From Octopus sinensis (taxonomy: Eukaryota): DNA of 64,000 bases. The stretch covers positions 128,092,001-128,156,000 of the forward strand of contig NC_042999.1 of the NCBI RefSeq assembly GCF_006345805.1, written 5' to 3'. The first letter of the stretch is position 1. The number at the start of each line of letters is the position of its first letter. Below, piece after piece: positions 56,591 through 64,000 of this stretch. The position numbers were made by a program, and so were the translations under genes. The notes below the pieces were generated by a model, which saw nothing but the letters and a program-made list of their open reading frames with translations, had not been told where the DNA came from and made no database searches.

Positions 56591-57954
56591 TAGCAACGCA
56601 TCCGTCCTTTGGATGGTTTAATTTGCTTTGGTGGTATATTTTTCACCAAATAATTGAACTATCATGAAGGTTTATGAGTAGCATGGCAATCTATGTTTCC
56701 AGTTAACCTAGGAATGGAAAATCAAATTGAAGGCTGGTTATTGTGGAGGTCATTGCACTTTAATGATCATAGACCATATAAGTTTGTAAATGTTGCAAAG
56801 TAGAGCTACTGAAGTGTTTTGGAAGTAGATTATGGATAATGACTACAAAATATAGTTGTTTTATATGAAAGCAAAATTTCTTGTCAGAAACAGCCACATA
56901 AATGGTGTAATGAAATTGAAGGAAGACATGGAAACTTCCCCTCTGCGAGTTTATTTTTTTCAACAGCAAAGGGAGCTATTTTCTTGGAGAGATAAGCCAA
57001 CAAAATCCCCTTTATTCTGTCTTCCCGCATAGCCTGTGCATAAACTGACAGTGAATGCTGCATAAAGTTAAATTGGTATGGAGCTTTCTGAAAGATATGT
57101 ATAGCTTTTGCTAGTAGAAGCCAGATAGTTTTTTAAAGGTTGATTCTTTGGGATGAATCATATGTGATTGTTTAAAAGAGGCTAGAATGACAATGGCAAA
57201 ACGTATTTGAAACAATGGACAACAGTTGATATATCATAAGATTAAAAAAGTATGGAAGACCCTACAGATTATAAAACAGCTGATTAATGCAAATGAATAG
57301 GAATAATCTATTGTTGGTTTCCCACTGCTCTAGAGGCCTCAGTATCGATTTTTTAAAAGTCTAAGTAGCCTATGTTCAGGTCTAGGATATGAAGCAGCTG
57401 TGTATAAAATCTTTTAAAAATTGGATGAAATATGTAGAAGCTATTGAGGTACATTAAATTTTTGTACATGCTCTCACACACACGCGAAATTTCACTTTTA
57501 AAGATATTAAATAGATTAGATTAGTGTGTGTTTCCATGTTTGCATGTATGTATATGTTAGTGACAAAAAGCAACATAAAAACCCAGTTCTATATTTAAGA
57601 GATGTGGAATTATGTACATTATTTACATTATTTATATTTGACAGATATTTGTCATCATCTTGTTTGTTGTTAACATGTTTCAGCTGATATACCGTCCAGC
57701 CTTCATCAGGTGTCTTGGGGAAATTTCGAACCTGGGTTCTCATTCCTAAGGTAGTTTTCAATGTTGTTGTTGTTATTATTATTATTATTATTATTATTCT
57801 GTTTACTGCCTGGAAACGAACTCGGAATCTTGGGGTTAGTAGCCCGTGCTCTTAACCACTATGCCATACACATATGCCCACGGACATATGGCGTAGTGGT
57901 TAAGAGCGCGGGCTACTAACCCCAAGATTCCGAGTTCGTTTCCAGGCTGTAACC

Positions 57955-57986
<32 letters not shown>

Positions 57987-60900
57987 TCGAAAAATACCTT
58001 AGGAATGAGAACCCAGGTTTGAAATTTCCTCAAGAAACATGATGAAGGCTGGAGGGTATAATCAGTTGAAACGTTGTGTTAACAACAAACAAGATGATGA
58101 CAAATATCCGTCAAATATAAATAATGTAAATAAAAATCCCAGTTAAGAATCTGTTTTTAAATTTTTGAAAATAACATTACTTTGCTTATTTAAAATTTTA
58201 AAAAAGTTTTTTAATTATTCTGTTTGTTTCTTGAAATCTGAAATAATTTTTGATGTTTTATTATTATCATCATTATTTTATTTTTTCTTTGAGATGGTGG
58301 TGTTTTTATATGATATTTATAAGATTTAAAATATTTTTTTGTGCAAGTTTCTCATTATTATTGTACATCATTAAGTTTGAAGTTATTTCATCATTTTCTG
58401 ACACTTTGTCTGCTAGCCACTGGGAGGTCCACGAACTCTATCTGCATCAGTATGCCGTTCTACTTTGGTACCAAGTAGGGATCACAAATCACTTGTCTCT
58501 ACACAACCTGTAAGGTATGTTTGTATGAGCAATGTTCTGCTCTTATCTCTTTTTTCAAGTAATTGTATTACAAAAAATATGGGGGGCAGTAAGGTGGATG
58601 TCATAAATAAGAGATAATATTGAATTAAATGCTGTGTAGTATATAGTTAGTGAAGGAACGTGGCTTAGTGGTTAAGGTAAATGGGTCATGAATGTAAGGT
58701 CTTGAGTTCAATTCTCAGTGGCACATTGTGTTCTTGAATGAGACATTTTATTTCACGTTGCTCCAGTCCACTCAGCTGGCAAAATTCAATGGTACTTGTA
58801 ATTCAAGAGGCCAGCCTTATCACATTCTATGTCAAGCTGCATCTCTCTGAGAACTATGTTGAGGGAATGTGTGTCTTTGAAGTGCTCAGCTACTTGCACA
58901 TTAATTTCATGAGCAGGCTGTTCCATTGATCAGATCAACTGGAACTCTCGTCGTTGTAATCGACGGAGTGCCACCACAAAAAAGTATATAGTTACCACCA
59001 GTGATGGAAATGGAGCTGGGGTACACAAAAGAATGGTGTTCCACTACTTATCCGTTCATGTTGGAGATAGTGATACAGGTAGCTTGTAGTGTTGGCCCTA
59101 CAACCTCAACCTTGTAGATTTTAGTTTACCCTTGTCCCAAAAACCCATTTTTATCACTGATGGGTGGTTACATCAGGGCTGGATTAAGACCCATCAAGGC
59201 TCTAAGCACTTAAAAGATTTTGGTACCCTCATAAAAGATTATGTAATTCAAAATATAAACAATAACAAACCATAAAATAAATTTTTATTTTTCAAAATGA
59301 AACAAAACAGTAAGAGGGAAAATAATGTTTATTTTTGTATACTTCCATTTTATTTATATTTGAAAACTTTCCTCCTACTTTTTTGAATTGCAAAGTATTT
59401 GATCAGATCCTCAAAATTAATCTTAGGTAACACATCTGCATCTATACTTAGTAGAGATAAAGGCATCCCAAATATTATTTTAGCAAGTTTTAAGTGGTTT
59501 CTTTTGTGCCATAAACCATTAACCATTTCTGTGGTGCCCCCTCCTTCCCTTGATGCCCTAAGCATGTACTTATTTTGCGGTTGATCCAGCACTGGGTTAC
59601 ATGCCTCTAACATAGTGCTATGATTAACTTTCCCTTCCATCTTCTCTGATAAAATAAGTATCTGTATTATATTTAGCTTAATTCCATAAATAGTGCCTAT
59701 GCCATTGGCATAAATAATGGTAATAACAAGTCTTTCTACTATAGACACAAGGCTTAAAATTTTGTTGGGGGTGGATAGTTGATTATATCAACCCCAGTAC
59801 TTGACTGGTACTTATTGACTCTGAAATTTGAAATCAGAATGTAAATGTCACTAAGCATTTTGTTCAGCATACTAATGATTTTGCCAACTCAGCAGCAGTA
59901 GTAGTAGTAATAATAATGGTTTCCAATTTTGGCACTAGGCCAGCAATTTTAGGAGAGGTAGGTAAACTGATTTTATTGTTCCCAGTACTCAACTGGTATT
60001 AATTTGACCCCCTCCAAAAAGATAAAAGGCAAAGTTGATCCTAGAAGCATTTGAACTCAGAAAGTAAAGCACTGGAAAAAATGCTGCTAAGCATTTTATC
60101 TGGCATGCCTACAGCAGCAATAATAATAATAATAATAATAATCAGTCATTATTTAATTTACTTCATTGTTTTTTGTTTTGTTTTAGCCAGATCATTAACA
60201 GGTCTGAAAATTTTATTGGCATGTTTTTTCTTTCTTTAACTCAGTTTGGGTGAACATCTAGTGAAAATCACTTCAGGAAGCAATATGACAAAATATTTTG
60301 AAGATGCTGGCTTCGAACCTGGTGGTAAGTTTTCTTCTTTCACTCCACTTTTATCAATTTTAGTTGCAGCCATCCTGCAGTCTTCAAGACTTTTAAAGCT
60401 GATCATATCGATTCCTATACTTTGATCTATTTTTGTTGATGCTGAGTTGACAATGTCAGTACATTTCAACTTCAAAACAAGAACGAGATTTGTAAGCTTA
60501 ACTTTTCCCTAGCAAACTATGTGAAAATATGTTCAGTATTCAACCATGATATAATAAATTATATGTTATATTCTTCTGATACTATTTCCAAGTATATTCC
60601 TTCCTCACATTATAACTATGCTATATGTACTAGCTATCGTCTATCTTTCACTTTTGTGTGTTGAAATGATCATGATGGACAATACAAGAGGCTTTTCTCG
60701 AATTAATATCAGTACTCGCTTTTGCTTATTGTTTCGTGATTGGAAGAAAGTACAAGCTCTATACTCAATAGTTCATATTCAAATATCAAAATTTCACCAA
60801 ATTTTTTTAATAGACGCAATCACGGGAAAATAAAAATATCTTTATGTTGCTTTATATACGATGTTATTGTTTTGTGTAAATTACAAATTTTTATTGGAGT

Positions 60901-62577
60901 TACTTACCCTTGATCACTAGGAGCAAGCAGAGTTATGTACCTTGGTCCAGTATCCCAGCACATGTGGGTAGTAACATTTGAACTTACGCAGCCAGTAGTC
61001 TAGTAAAGTCTTACTTTCTAATTTTGGCACAAGGTCAGCAATTTTGAGGGAAGGGTGCAAATCAATCATGTCTAACTCTAGTATTTGATTGGTTGTCATT
61101 TCATCAACTCCAAATGTATGAAAGACTAAGTAAACCTTGGTGGAATTTAAATTCAGAATGTAAAGACCTGGAAGAAATGCTGCTAAGCATCTTGTCTGAC
61201 ATGTTAACGATTCTGTGAGTTTGCTACCTTCAGTAGTCAAGCAAGTTAACTTCACAACCATTGTGTTTCACTAGAAAACTTTCAAAAAATATAAAACTTA
61301 AAATTCAAACTTGCTTAAAAAAAAAAATCACATGACCTTGTTTAGGAAAATTTATCCTCTTTCTATAAGCACTTCAGTTATATTTGAAGGAATTCATTGG
61401 TTAGAGCATTGAGCTCATGGTCATAAGGTAGAGAGTTCAATTCCTGGACCAGGCTGTGTGTTGTGTTCTTGAGCAAAACACTTTATTTCATATTGCTTCA
61501 GCTCTTGTATCAGTGGTTTCCTGACAGATCACTCTATCAAATTTAGTGTAGCCCAGTGTTTGATTTCTTCTGCACAATCTTCTTCCTATTCATCAATGAC
61601 CTACTTGTCTCCTACTTGTTATTACCTTCAATAATTACCATTTCTATGCAGATGATACCACCTTTTGTTCCTCCCTAACATTCTGTAGCCAAGCGTCATC
61701 CACATGAAATCTAGAACCCACACTGCACTGATGCTGTGAAAGGAAACTTTGAAAACATTCAGGTGGCCCATGCACTTTGTCTCCTTCAACAGCAGAAAAA
61801 GATAATCTCTAAGCATAACAAGAAAATATCACACTTCACTTCCTTCTAAAATTAGCAGTGGAGCCCCTTACAATTGCTTCAGATGCTAGGTCTCTCCATC
61901 ACTAAGAGTCTCACTTGGAATAGGAAACACGAAATCATAAAGACTAGCCTTTCACTTCAGAGACATAAAATGCTTTAACTATAAACTCTCCACAAAGTTC
62001 AGGGATGACCTGTTAAAGTGTGCTGCTTTTACATCTGGGGGTGCTAGAGAAAGGCCTCTTTTGGTTATGAATGACGATGGGATTGCACCTAGAAAGTTAC
62101 GTTCTTAGGCACAAGTCCAGGCAAGGTTGTTTATGAAAAACCAGCAGTTGCCTGTGCATGCCAGCCATCCCTCTCCATGCCATCAATGTCATAGAAGGGA
62201 AAGGCAAAGGCCAATACAACTTGGCACCGGTGAGGGTGCTGCTCAATTCTACAGCTTAGTGAGCTGGTGCAATAGCGTAACAAAGTGTCTTGCTCAAGAA
62301 CACAACACAAAGCCTGGTCAGGAAATCAAAATAATGTAAATAAAGCTTATGCATATTTTTATATTCCTGCTGTTAGAGGGCTGGATTAGCAGAATTGGCA
62401 AGTATTGGATAAAATACTCTGTGGTATTTAGTTGTGCATCTCTACATTCTGATGTCAAATTCTGCCAAGCTGATCTTATATAATTATAATGCTATATGTA
62501 TTCATCTTAAAATAATATATATATATTTCAATTGTTGTTTCAGATGAAGACATTCATTTTCATTACAAAGCAGAGAG
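23672..62577 (+). CDS. ELAPOR2: ELAPOR/KIAA1324-family protein (endosome/lysosome-associated apoptosis and autophagy regulator; UPF0577), partial multi-exon CDS: join(23672..23819,28666..28755,30703..30817,33254..33406,34797..34885,35734..36019,39086..39303,43956..44023,44203..44403,47294..47515,54370..54508,58417..58514,60245..60324,62544..62577)
   Basis: 14 exons, all AG/GT flanked, with matching intron phases and no stops (1941 nt, ~646 codons). The translation is collinear with human KIAA1324 as I recall it ([92 protein letters not shown]). ELAPOR1 versus ELAPOR2 cannot be resolved; it is probably a co-orthologue of both. Confidence 0.93.
24837..25045 (+). mobile_element. 209-bp GC-rich insertion with a type I hammerhead-ribozyme-like core (Penelope-like/retrozyme-like), 14-bp TSD
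   Basis: Direct repeat ttgatcttaaaaga at 24823-24836 and 25046-25059; agg-CCGATGA-aggg caatga tcct-GAAAC acgt GTC-cct at 24836-24874. Confidence 0.7.
26848..27056. mobile_element. piggyBac-like MITE (ttaa|(c/t)(c/t)ctttagcatt..aatgctaaag(a/g)g|ttaa)
   Basis: TTAA at 26844-26847 and 27057-27060 with short TIRs; family copies at about 2850-3060, 22162-22375, 37463-37660, 46330-46420 and 46701-46916. Confidence 0.72.
27083..27429 (-). mobile_element. tRNA-derived SINE with central gcgatggactggcgtcc domain, A-rich tail and 12-bp TSD
   Basis: atataatttgat at 27071-27082 and 27430-27441; T-run (polyA on minus) at the left end; head tggaggcacaatggcccagtggt present twice. Confidence 0.78.
27636..27665 (-). 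mobile_element. Isolated Helitron-type 3' terminus (hairpin + CTAG|T), truncated
   Basis: a|ctagcagagataccaggccttgctcgga next to a TA run; same architecture as 56590. Confidence 0.45.
27905..28140 (+). repeat. (CA)/(TA)/(TACA) low-complexity tract
   Basis: Direct inspection; source of the poly-IY ORFs. Confidence 0.93.
28666..28755 (+). CDS. ELAPOR2: ELAPOR-like exon B ([30 protein letters not shown])
   Basis: ccttttctctag acceptor, gtaagt donor; 90 nt, phase 0 to 0; matches VQNDQCQ..TTEKGW. Confidence 0.9.
29815..30058 (+). mobile_element. tRNA-derived SINE family D (ggcatgtggcttagtggttagg..catgattgtaag..ttcttgagcaaaacacttcatttcacattgctccagtccactcagctg)
   Basis: Head shared with 58653-58974 (+), 61400-61500 (+), 62090-62340 (-), 5330-5620 (-), 3370-3660 (-) and 63130-63270 (-). 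Confidence 0.72.
30703..30817 (+). CDS. ELAPOR2: ELAPOR-like exon C ([39 protein letters not shown])
   Basis: Poly-T tract plus ag acceptor, gtgaac donor; 115 nt, phase 0 to 1; matches [24 protein letters not shown]. Confidence 0.9.
30968..31581 (+). mobile_element. Young 5'-truncated RTE-clade LINE, open RT C-terminal ORF (30968-31564), 10-bp TSD
   Basis: aaatcctgtt at 30958-30967 and 31582-31591; stop-free [42 protein letters not shown]; short aagaag tail. Confidence 0.9.
32028..32266. mobile_element. hAT (Charlie-like) MITE
   Basis: TIRs cagtggttttcaac / gttgagaaccactg; flanks ggctaaac and ggct(t)aaac fit an 8-bp nnnTAnnn TSD with one indel. Confidence 0.82.
32709..32888 (+). repeat. (TA)n/(TATG) low-complexity tract
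   Basis: Direct inspection. Confidence 0.93.
33254..33406 (+). CDS. ELAPOR2: ELAPOR-like exon D ([51 protein letters not shown])
   Basis: ttattag acceptor, gtaagt donor; 153 nt, phase 1 to 1; CxxC-G-TYS Cys-rich repeats. Confidence 0.93.
33860..34300 (-). mobile_element. Decayed RTE LINE/SINE 3' end
   Basis: (CAT)n tail on + followed by tttccatgctggc..ggatgcccttcttaatgccaacc..ctgtgaggcccaatgtttgaagatcatgcttc, homologous to 48150-48900; similar at 23140-23550, 37670-37930, 47790-48050 and 50790-50960. Confidence 0.7.
34797..34885 (+). CDS. ELAPOR2: ELAPOR-like exon E ([30 protein letters not shown])
   Basis: ttttacag acceptor, gtaaga donor; 89 nt, phase 1 to 0; matches C..RPAC..KDYFYTHTACD..G. 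Confidence 0.9.
35734..36019 (+). CDS. ELAPOR2: ELAPOR-like exon F ([55 protein letters not shown])
   Basis: ttattttag acceptor, gtaagc donor; 286 nt, phase 0 to 1; CPPCNPG and YKWW family motifs. Confidence 0.93.
38050..38345 (-). pseudogene. Decayed CR1-group LINE ORF2 C-terminus
   Basis: [25 protein letters not shown] resembles the YxNGxCSxEL..IP..RTxxLWNSL end of invertebrate CR1/L2 ORF2. Confidence 0.45.
39086..39303 (+). CDS. ELAPOR2: ELAPOR-like exon G ([48 protein letters not shown])
   Basis: ttcttttgcag acceptor, gtaatt donor; 218 nt, phase 1 to 0; matches [28 protein letters not shown]. Confidence 0.93.
40150..40352 (+). mobile_element. tRNA-derived SINE family C (ggcagtgagctggcagaattgttagca..ctgagttcaaattc..tttgcctttcat..aagtaccagt)
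   Basis: Copies at about 4240-4440 (-), 32895-33050 (+), 43650-43780 (+), 45700-45860 (-), 51490-51660 (-), 59920-60110 (-) and 61010-61240 (-). Confidence 0.75.
42323..42458 (+). repeat. Compound tetranucleotide microsatellite (CATG)n(TATG)n(AATG)n
   Basis: Direct inspection. Confidence 0.96.
43383..43553. mobile_element. MITE-like element with 37-bp inverted arms
   Basis: aacaatatgagagatcactatatggatctcttgtatg (43383-43419) vs catgcaagggatccatatagtgatctctcatattgtt (43517-43553), two mismatches. Confidence 0.7.
43956..44023 (+). CDS. ELAPOR2: ELAPOR-like exon H ([23 protein letters not shown])
   Basis: ccttctgacag acceptor, gtaagt donor; 68 nt, phase 0 to 2; matches PVETWKGSKGKQSY. Confidence 0.87.
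44203..44403 (+). CDS. ELAPOR2: ELAPOR-like exon I ([53 protein letters not shown])
   Basis: Poly-T tract plus ttcaag acceptor, gtatca donor; 201 nt, phase 2 to 2; matches SFTWAF..DVAKIYSINVTNV..GVASYCRPC. Confidence 0.9.
46942..47156 (+). mobile_element. Mariner-derived MITE, TA TSD
   Basis: TA|cgagggggtgctgaaaagttcctggcttt..aaagccaggaactttttagcattcctttg|TA; internal [21 protein letters not shown] resembles a mariner transposase C-terminus. Confidence 0.82.
47294..47515 (+). CDS. ELAPOR2: ELAPOR-like exon J ([48 protein letters not shown])
   Basis: ttctgttacag acceptor, gtaagt donor; 222 nt, phase 2 to 2; matches CTSCPAGYYID..CPPNT..CVPCGPG..YNFSAL. Confidence 0.93.
48148..50583 (-). mobile_element. 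5'-truncated RTE-clade LINE: RT domain, Cys/His finger, C-terminal domain, ~620-bp 3' UTR and (GAT)n tail
   Basis: RT motifs [27 protein letters not shown] and (shifted) ELLYADDL; [26 protein letters not shown]; [17 protein letters not shown]; three -1 frameshifts at about 49749, 49464 and 49373. Confidence 0.95.
52201..52386. mobile_element. MITE with long (50-80 bp) TIRs, GGGG..CCCC termini and TA flanks
   Basis: ggggttaatgcagttttgcacctctccttgataaatgcattttttgga vs reverse complement of tccaaaaaatgcatttttcaaggggaggtgctaaactgcattagccccc. Confidence 0.75.
52391..52620 (-). pseudogene. R4/Dong-like LINE RT fragment
   Basis: [31 protein letters not shown] resembles HLFFVDDLKLYAK..KCA..KRGK of R4-type RTs. 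Confidence 0.6.
52630..52855 (-). pseudogene. RTE-type LINE C-terminal fragment with (GATAA)-like tail
   Basis: [39 protein letters not shown] resembles GRRPRGRPRTRW..LAWSRLGI..DRxxW. Confidence 0.55.
53186..53596 (+). mobile_element. Solo LTR (Ty3/Gypsy-like), 411 bp
   Basis: TGTA..TACA termini; 4-bp TSD atct (53182-53185 / 53597-53600); AATAAA at 53474; GC/CpG-rich compared with the flanks. Confidence 0.82.
54370..54508 (+). CDS. ELAPOR2: ELAPOR-like exon K ([46 protein letters not shown]), within the MRH-like domain
   Basis: tatttacag acceptor, gtaaaa donor; 139 nt, phase 2 to 0; matches [29 protein letters not shown]. Confidence 0.92.
55328..56165 (+). repeat. (CAT)n-rich low-complexity region
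   Basis: Multiple degenerate CAT/CAC trinucleotide tracts; source of the poly-I/poly-D/poly-M ORFs. Confidence 0.8.
56590..57515 (-). mobile_element. Non-autonomous Helitron, ~930 bp
   Basis: On the minus strand: A|TCtatttaatatctttaaaagtgaaa..(GT)n 5' end; 3' hairpin ccatcc aaa ggacgg, then CTAG|T; inserted at an AT site in a (TA)n tract. Confidence 0.62.
57589..58131. mobile_element. Palindromic element: two divergent tRNA-derived heads, each followed by (TAA)n and a minimal hammerhead-like motif; ~12-bp TSD
   Basis: Arms 57619-57878 and 57882-58133 are reverse complements; A boxes 57856-57866 (-) and 57889-57899 (+); B boxes 57812-57823 (-) and 57932-57943 (+); flanks aaaaacccagtt / aaaaatcccagtt. 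Confidence 0.8.
58417..58514 (+). CDS. ELAPOR2: ELAPOR-like exon L ([33 protein letters not shown])
   Basis: tgtctgctag acceptor, gtatgt donor; 98 nt, phase 0 to 2; matches AYVCQAVIIP..VSSQPVS. Confidence 0.87.
58653..58974 (+). mobile_element. Full-length tRNA-derived SINE
   Basis: Family D head plus conserved tail cacattaatttcatgagcaggctgttccattgatcagatcaactggaactctcgtcgttgtaatcgacggagtgcc. Confidence 0.7.
59174..59468 (-). mobile_element. 3' end of a hAT DNA transposon (dimerisation-domain remnant plus TIR)
   Basis: [31 protein letters not shown] resembles the hAT C-terminal LAxLSIE..IDFEDII..FA..K.R motif; terminal cagggctggattaagac at 59174. Confidence 0.7.
60245..60324 (+). CDS. ELAPOR2: ELAPOR-like exon M ([26 protein letters not shown])
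   Basis: tttctttaactcag acceptor, gtaagt donor; 80 nt, phase 2 to 1; matches SLADRLIGVT. Confidence 0.82.
61510..62070 (+). pseudogene. Decayed CR1/L2-like LINE RT fragment
   Basis: [20 protein letters not shown] and HFYADDTT (61639-61662) in shifted frames. Confidence 0.72.
62544..62577 (+). CDS. ELAPOR2: ELAPOR-like microexon N ([13 protein letters not shown])
   Basis: ttgttgtttcag acceptor, gtgagt donor; 34 nt, phase 1 to 2; matches PDVIFFYRS. Confidence 0.78.
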
Positions 62578-63734
62578 GTGAGTTCTTTTCATTTTTATGA
62601 AATTTTTTTGTTTTAATACATTTTGAAAATTCAGTTAAACATATAATATTTATATATCATCATCATCATCAATAACAGCATTTTTAGTGTCCACTTTTCT
62701 ATGCTTGCATCTGTCACACAAAACTCTTTGAGTCAGATGTTCTTTACCAGATAATCATCTTCTTGCCAACCCTTTCTTACTTCTGAGCAAAGAAATATTT
62801 TCCGTTGTTCTATGAACATGAACAAAGCAAGGGCAGGGTATGTATCTTAGAGAATTGCAGACAAATGACAGTGGCACCATTTTTTGCTTGAATAATCACT
62901 TTTACAAATGTCAAGACAAGGGGATACAAACACCCCACTCCACCCATATAAACACATGCATGCATGCATACATACATACGTATATCACTGTATCAACCAA
63001 TCTATTGGATGTTATACTTGCTGGTTACAATGTGCTTCTTTGCATTTTTGTAGCTTCTGAATGATGCCATCCTACTGGCTATGTGGGTGAGCCAACATTT
63101 TTCATGAATGGAATGCTAGTCCATTCCAAGGTTTCCTATTTACAGCTGAGTGGACTGGAGCAATATGAAATGAAGTGTTTTGCTCAAAACACACAATGCA
63201 CCACTGATCTGAGAATCAAAACCATGATCTTGTGACTATGAGTGCAACATCATAATCACCAAGCCACATACTTTTCACTCACACACATATACATGCACAT
63301 GTACATACATATATTTATACAGAGAAAGAGAAAATGTGAGAGAGGGAGATAGATAAAAGTTACACAAATAACATGAGTAAAATTTGAGGAAATGTGAAAG
63401 CAACCAAACAAAAAATTCTGTGTAGTGCCAGACAAGTAAGCTCATGTGGCTATAAAGGGTAGAAATATAGAGTAAAAAACAAAAAGCAAAGATGTGAACA
63501 GTGAAGCTCAATTTGAAAAAAAGAAAAATACAAGAGAATCTGATGTTTTGAGTGATAAATTTTGTCAAAGAGAAGAAAATAGAATGGGATAAAGAATTGA
63601 ACAGCAAGAGAAACAGAAAATTGTACAGTATAAAATAAAATGTCTGTTTACATGGCAGGTCTGAATGAAAGCTGTGAAATGAAACAGAATGACCAAAAGT
63701 AGCAGTATTTATATGGGTCACAATGAGGTTAAAA

Positions 63735-63845
63735 GAACAAAGAGAGATGGAATGAGAGAGGGAGAGAGAGAGAGAGAGAGAGAGAAAGAAGGACAAGGAG
63801 AGAAGAGTGAAATGGAAGAGAAAAAGTAAAGGATGAAAGGTGAGA
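63735..63845 (+). repeat. (AG)n / purine-rich tract
   Basis: Direct inspection. Confidence 0.9.
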
Positions 63846-64000
63846 AATGTAGCAGGGCACTCACAGTACCAGTTTGTGTATGGATGTGTGTGTGTTTGTA
63901 CATGGATGTGTAGGTTATATGTTTAGTAGAACGGCACCTGTATGTATTGTATTTTTGTGAACGAGGGGTAATGTATCTGTGCGATGTTTTAAGATAGGGA

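Noticed and set aside
57882-57950. Possible tRNA gene with anticodon loop CT-ACT-AA
   Set aside because: The T-stem is mismatched, there is no complementary acceptor stem, and it runs into (TAA)n and is duplicated in inverted form; a SINE head rather than a tRNA gene.
60236-60492. 79-aa antisense ORF over exon M, and a SVHFNFKT peptide resembling microexon N
   Set aside because: Short antisense ORFs are expected opposite coding exons. The candidate alternative exon has no acceptor/donor pair giving phase 1 to 2 without a stop.
1044-63903. Numerous poly-HT, poly-CV, poly-IY, poly-YVCM and poly-LS ORFs
   Set aside because: They are translations of (CA)n, (TA)n, (TACA)n and (AG)n microsatellites.

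Overview
AT-rich, repeat-dense eukaryotic genomic DNA. The SINE, RTE-LINE and microsatellite families look like those of Octopus; this species call is from recall of repeat families, not a database search. There is one clear protein-coding gene: 14 consecutive GT-AG coding exons on the + strand (23672-62577) that splice in frame to about 646 codons of an ELAPOR/KIAA1324-family Cys-rich type I membrane protein. Its N-terminal and C-terminal exons were not found and are probably outside the window. Most ORFs in the supplied track are microsatellite or repeat artefacts. The rest of the window is transposon-derived: RTE-, CR1- and R4-like LINE fragments, tRNA-derived SINEs, mariner/hAT/piggyBac-type MITEs, a Ty3/Gypsy-like solo LTR and a non-autonomous Helitron. 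The most unusual observations are two small non-coding insertions carrying hammerhead-ribozyme-like cores. One is a 209-bp element with a 14-bp TSD (24837-25045). The other is a ~540-bp palindrome (57589-58131) made of two back-to-back tRNA-derived Pol III heads, each followed by a damaged minimal hammerhead.
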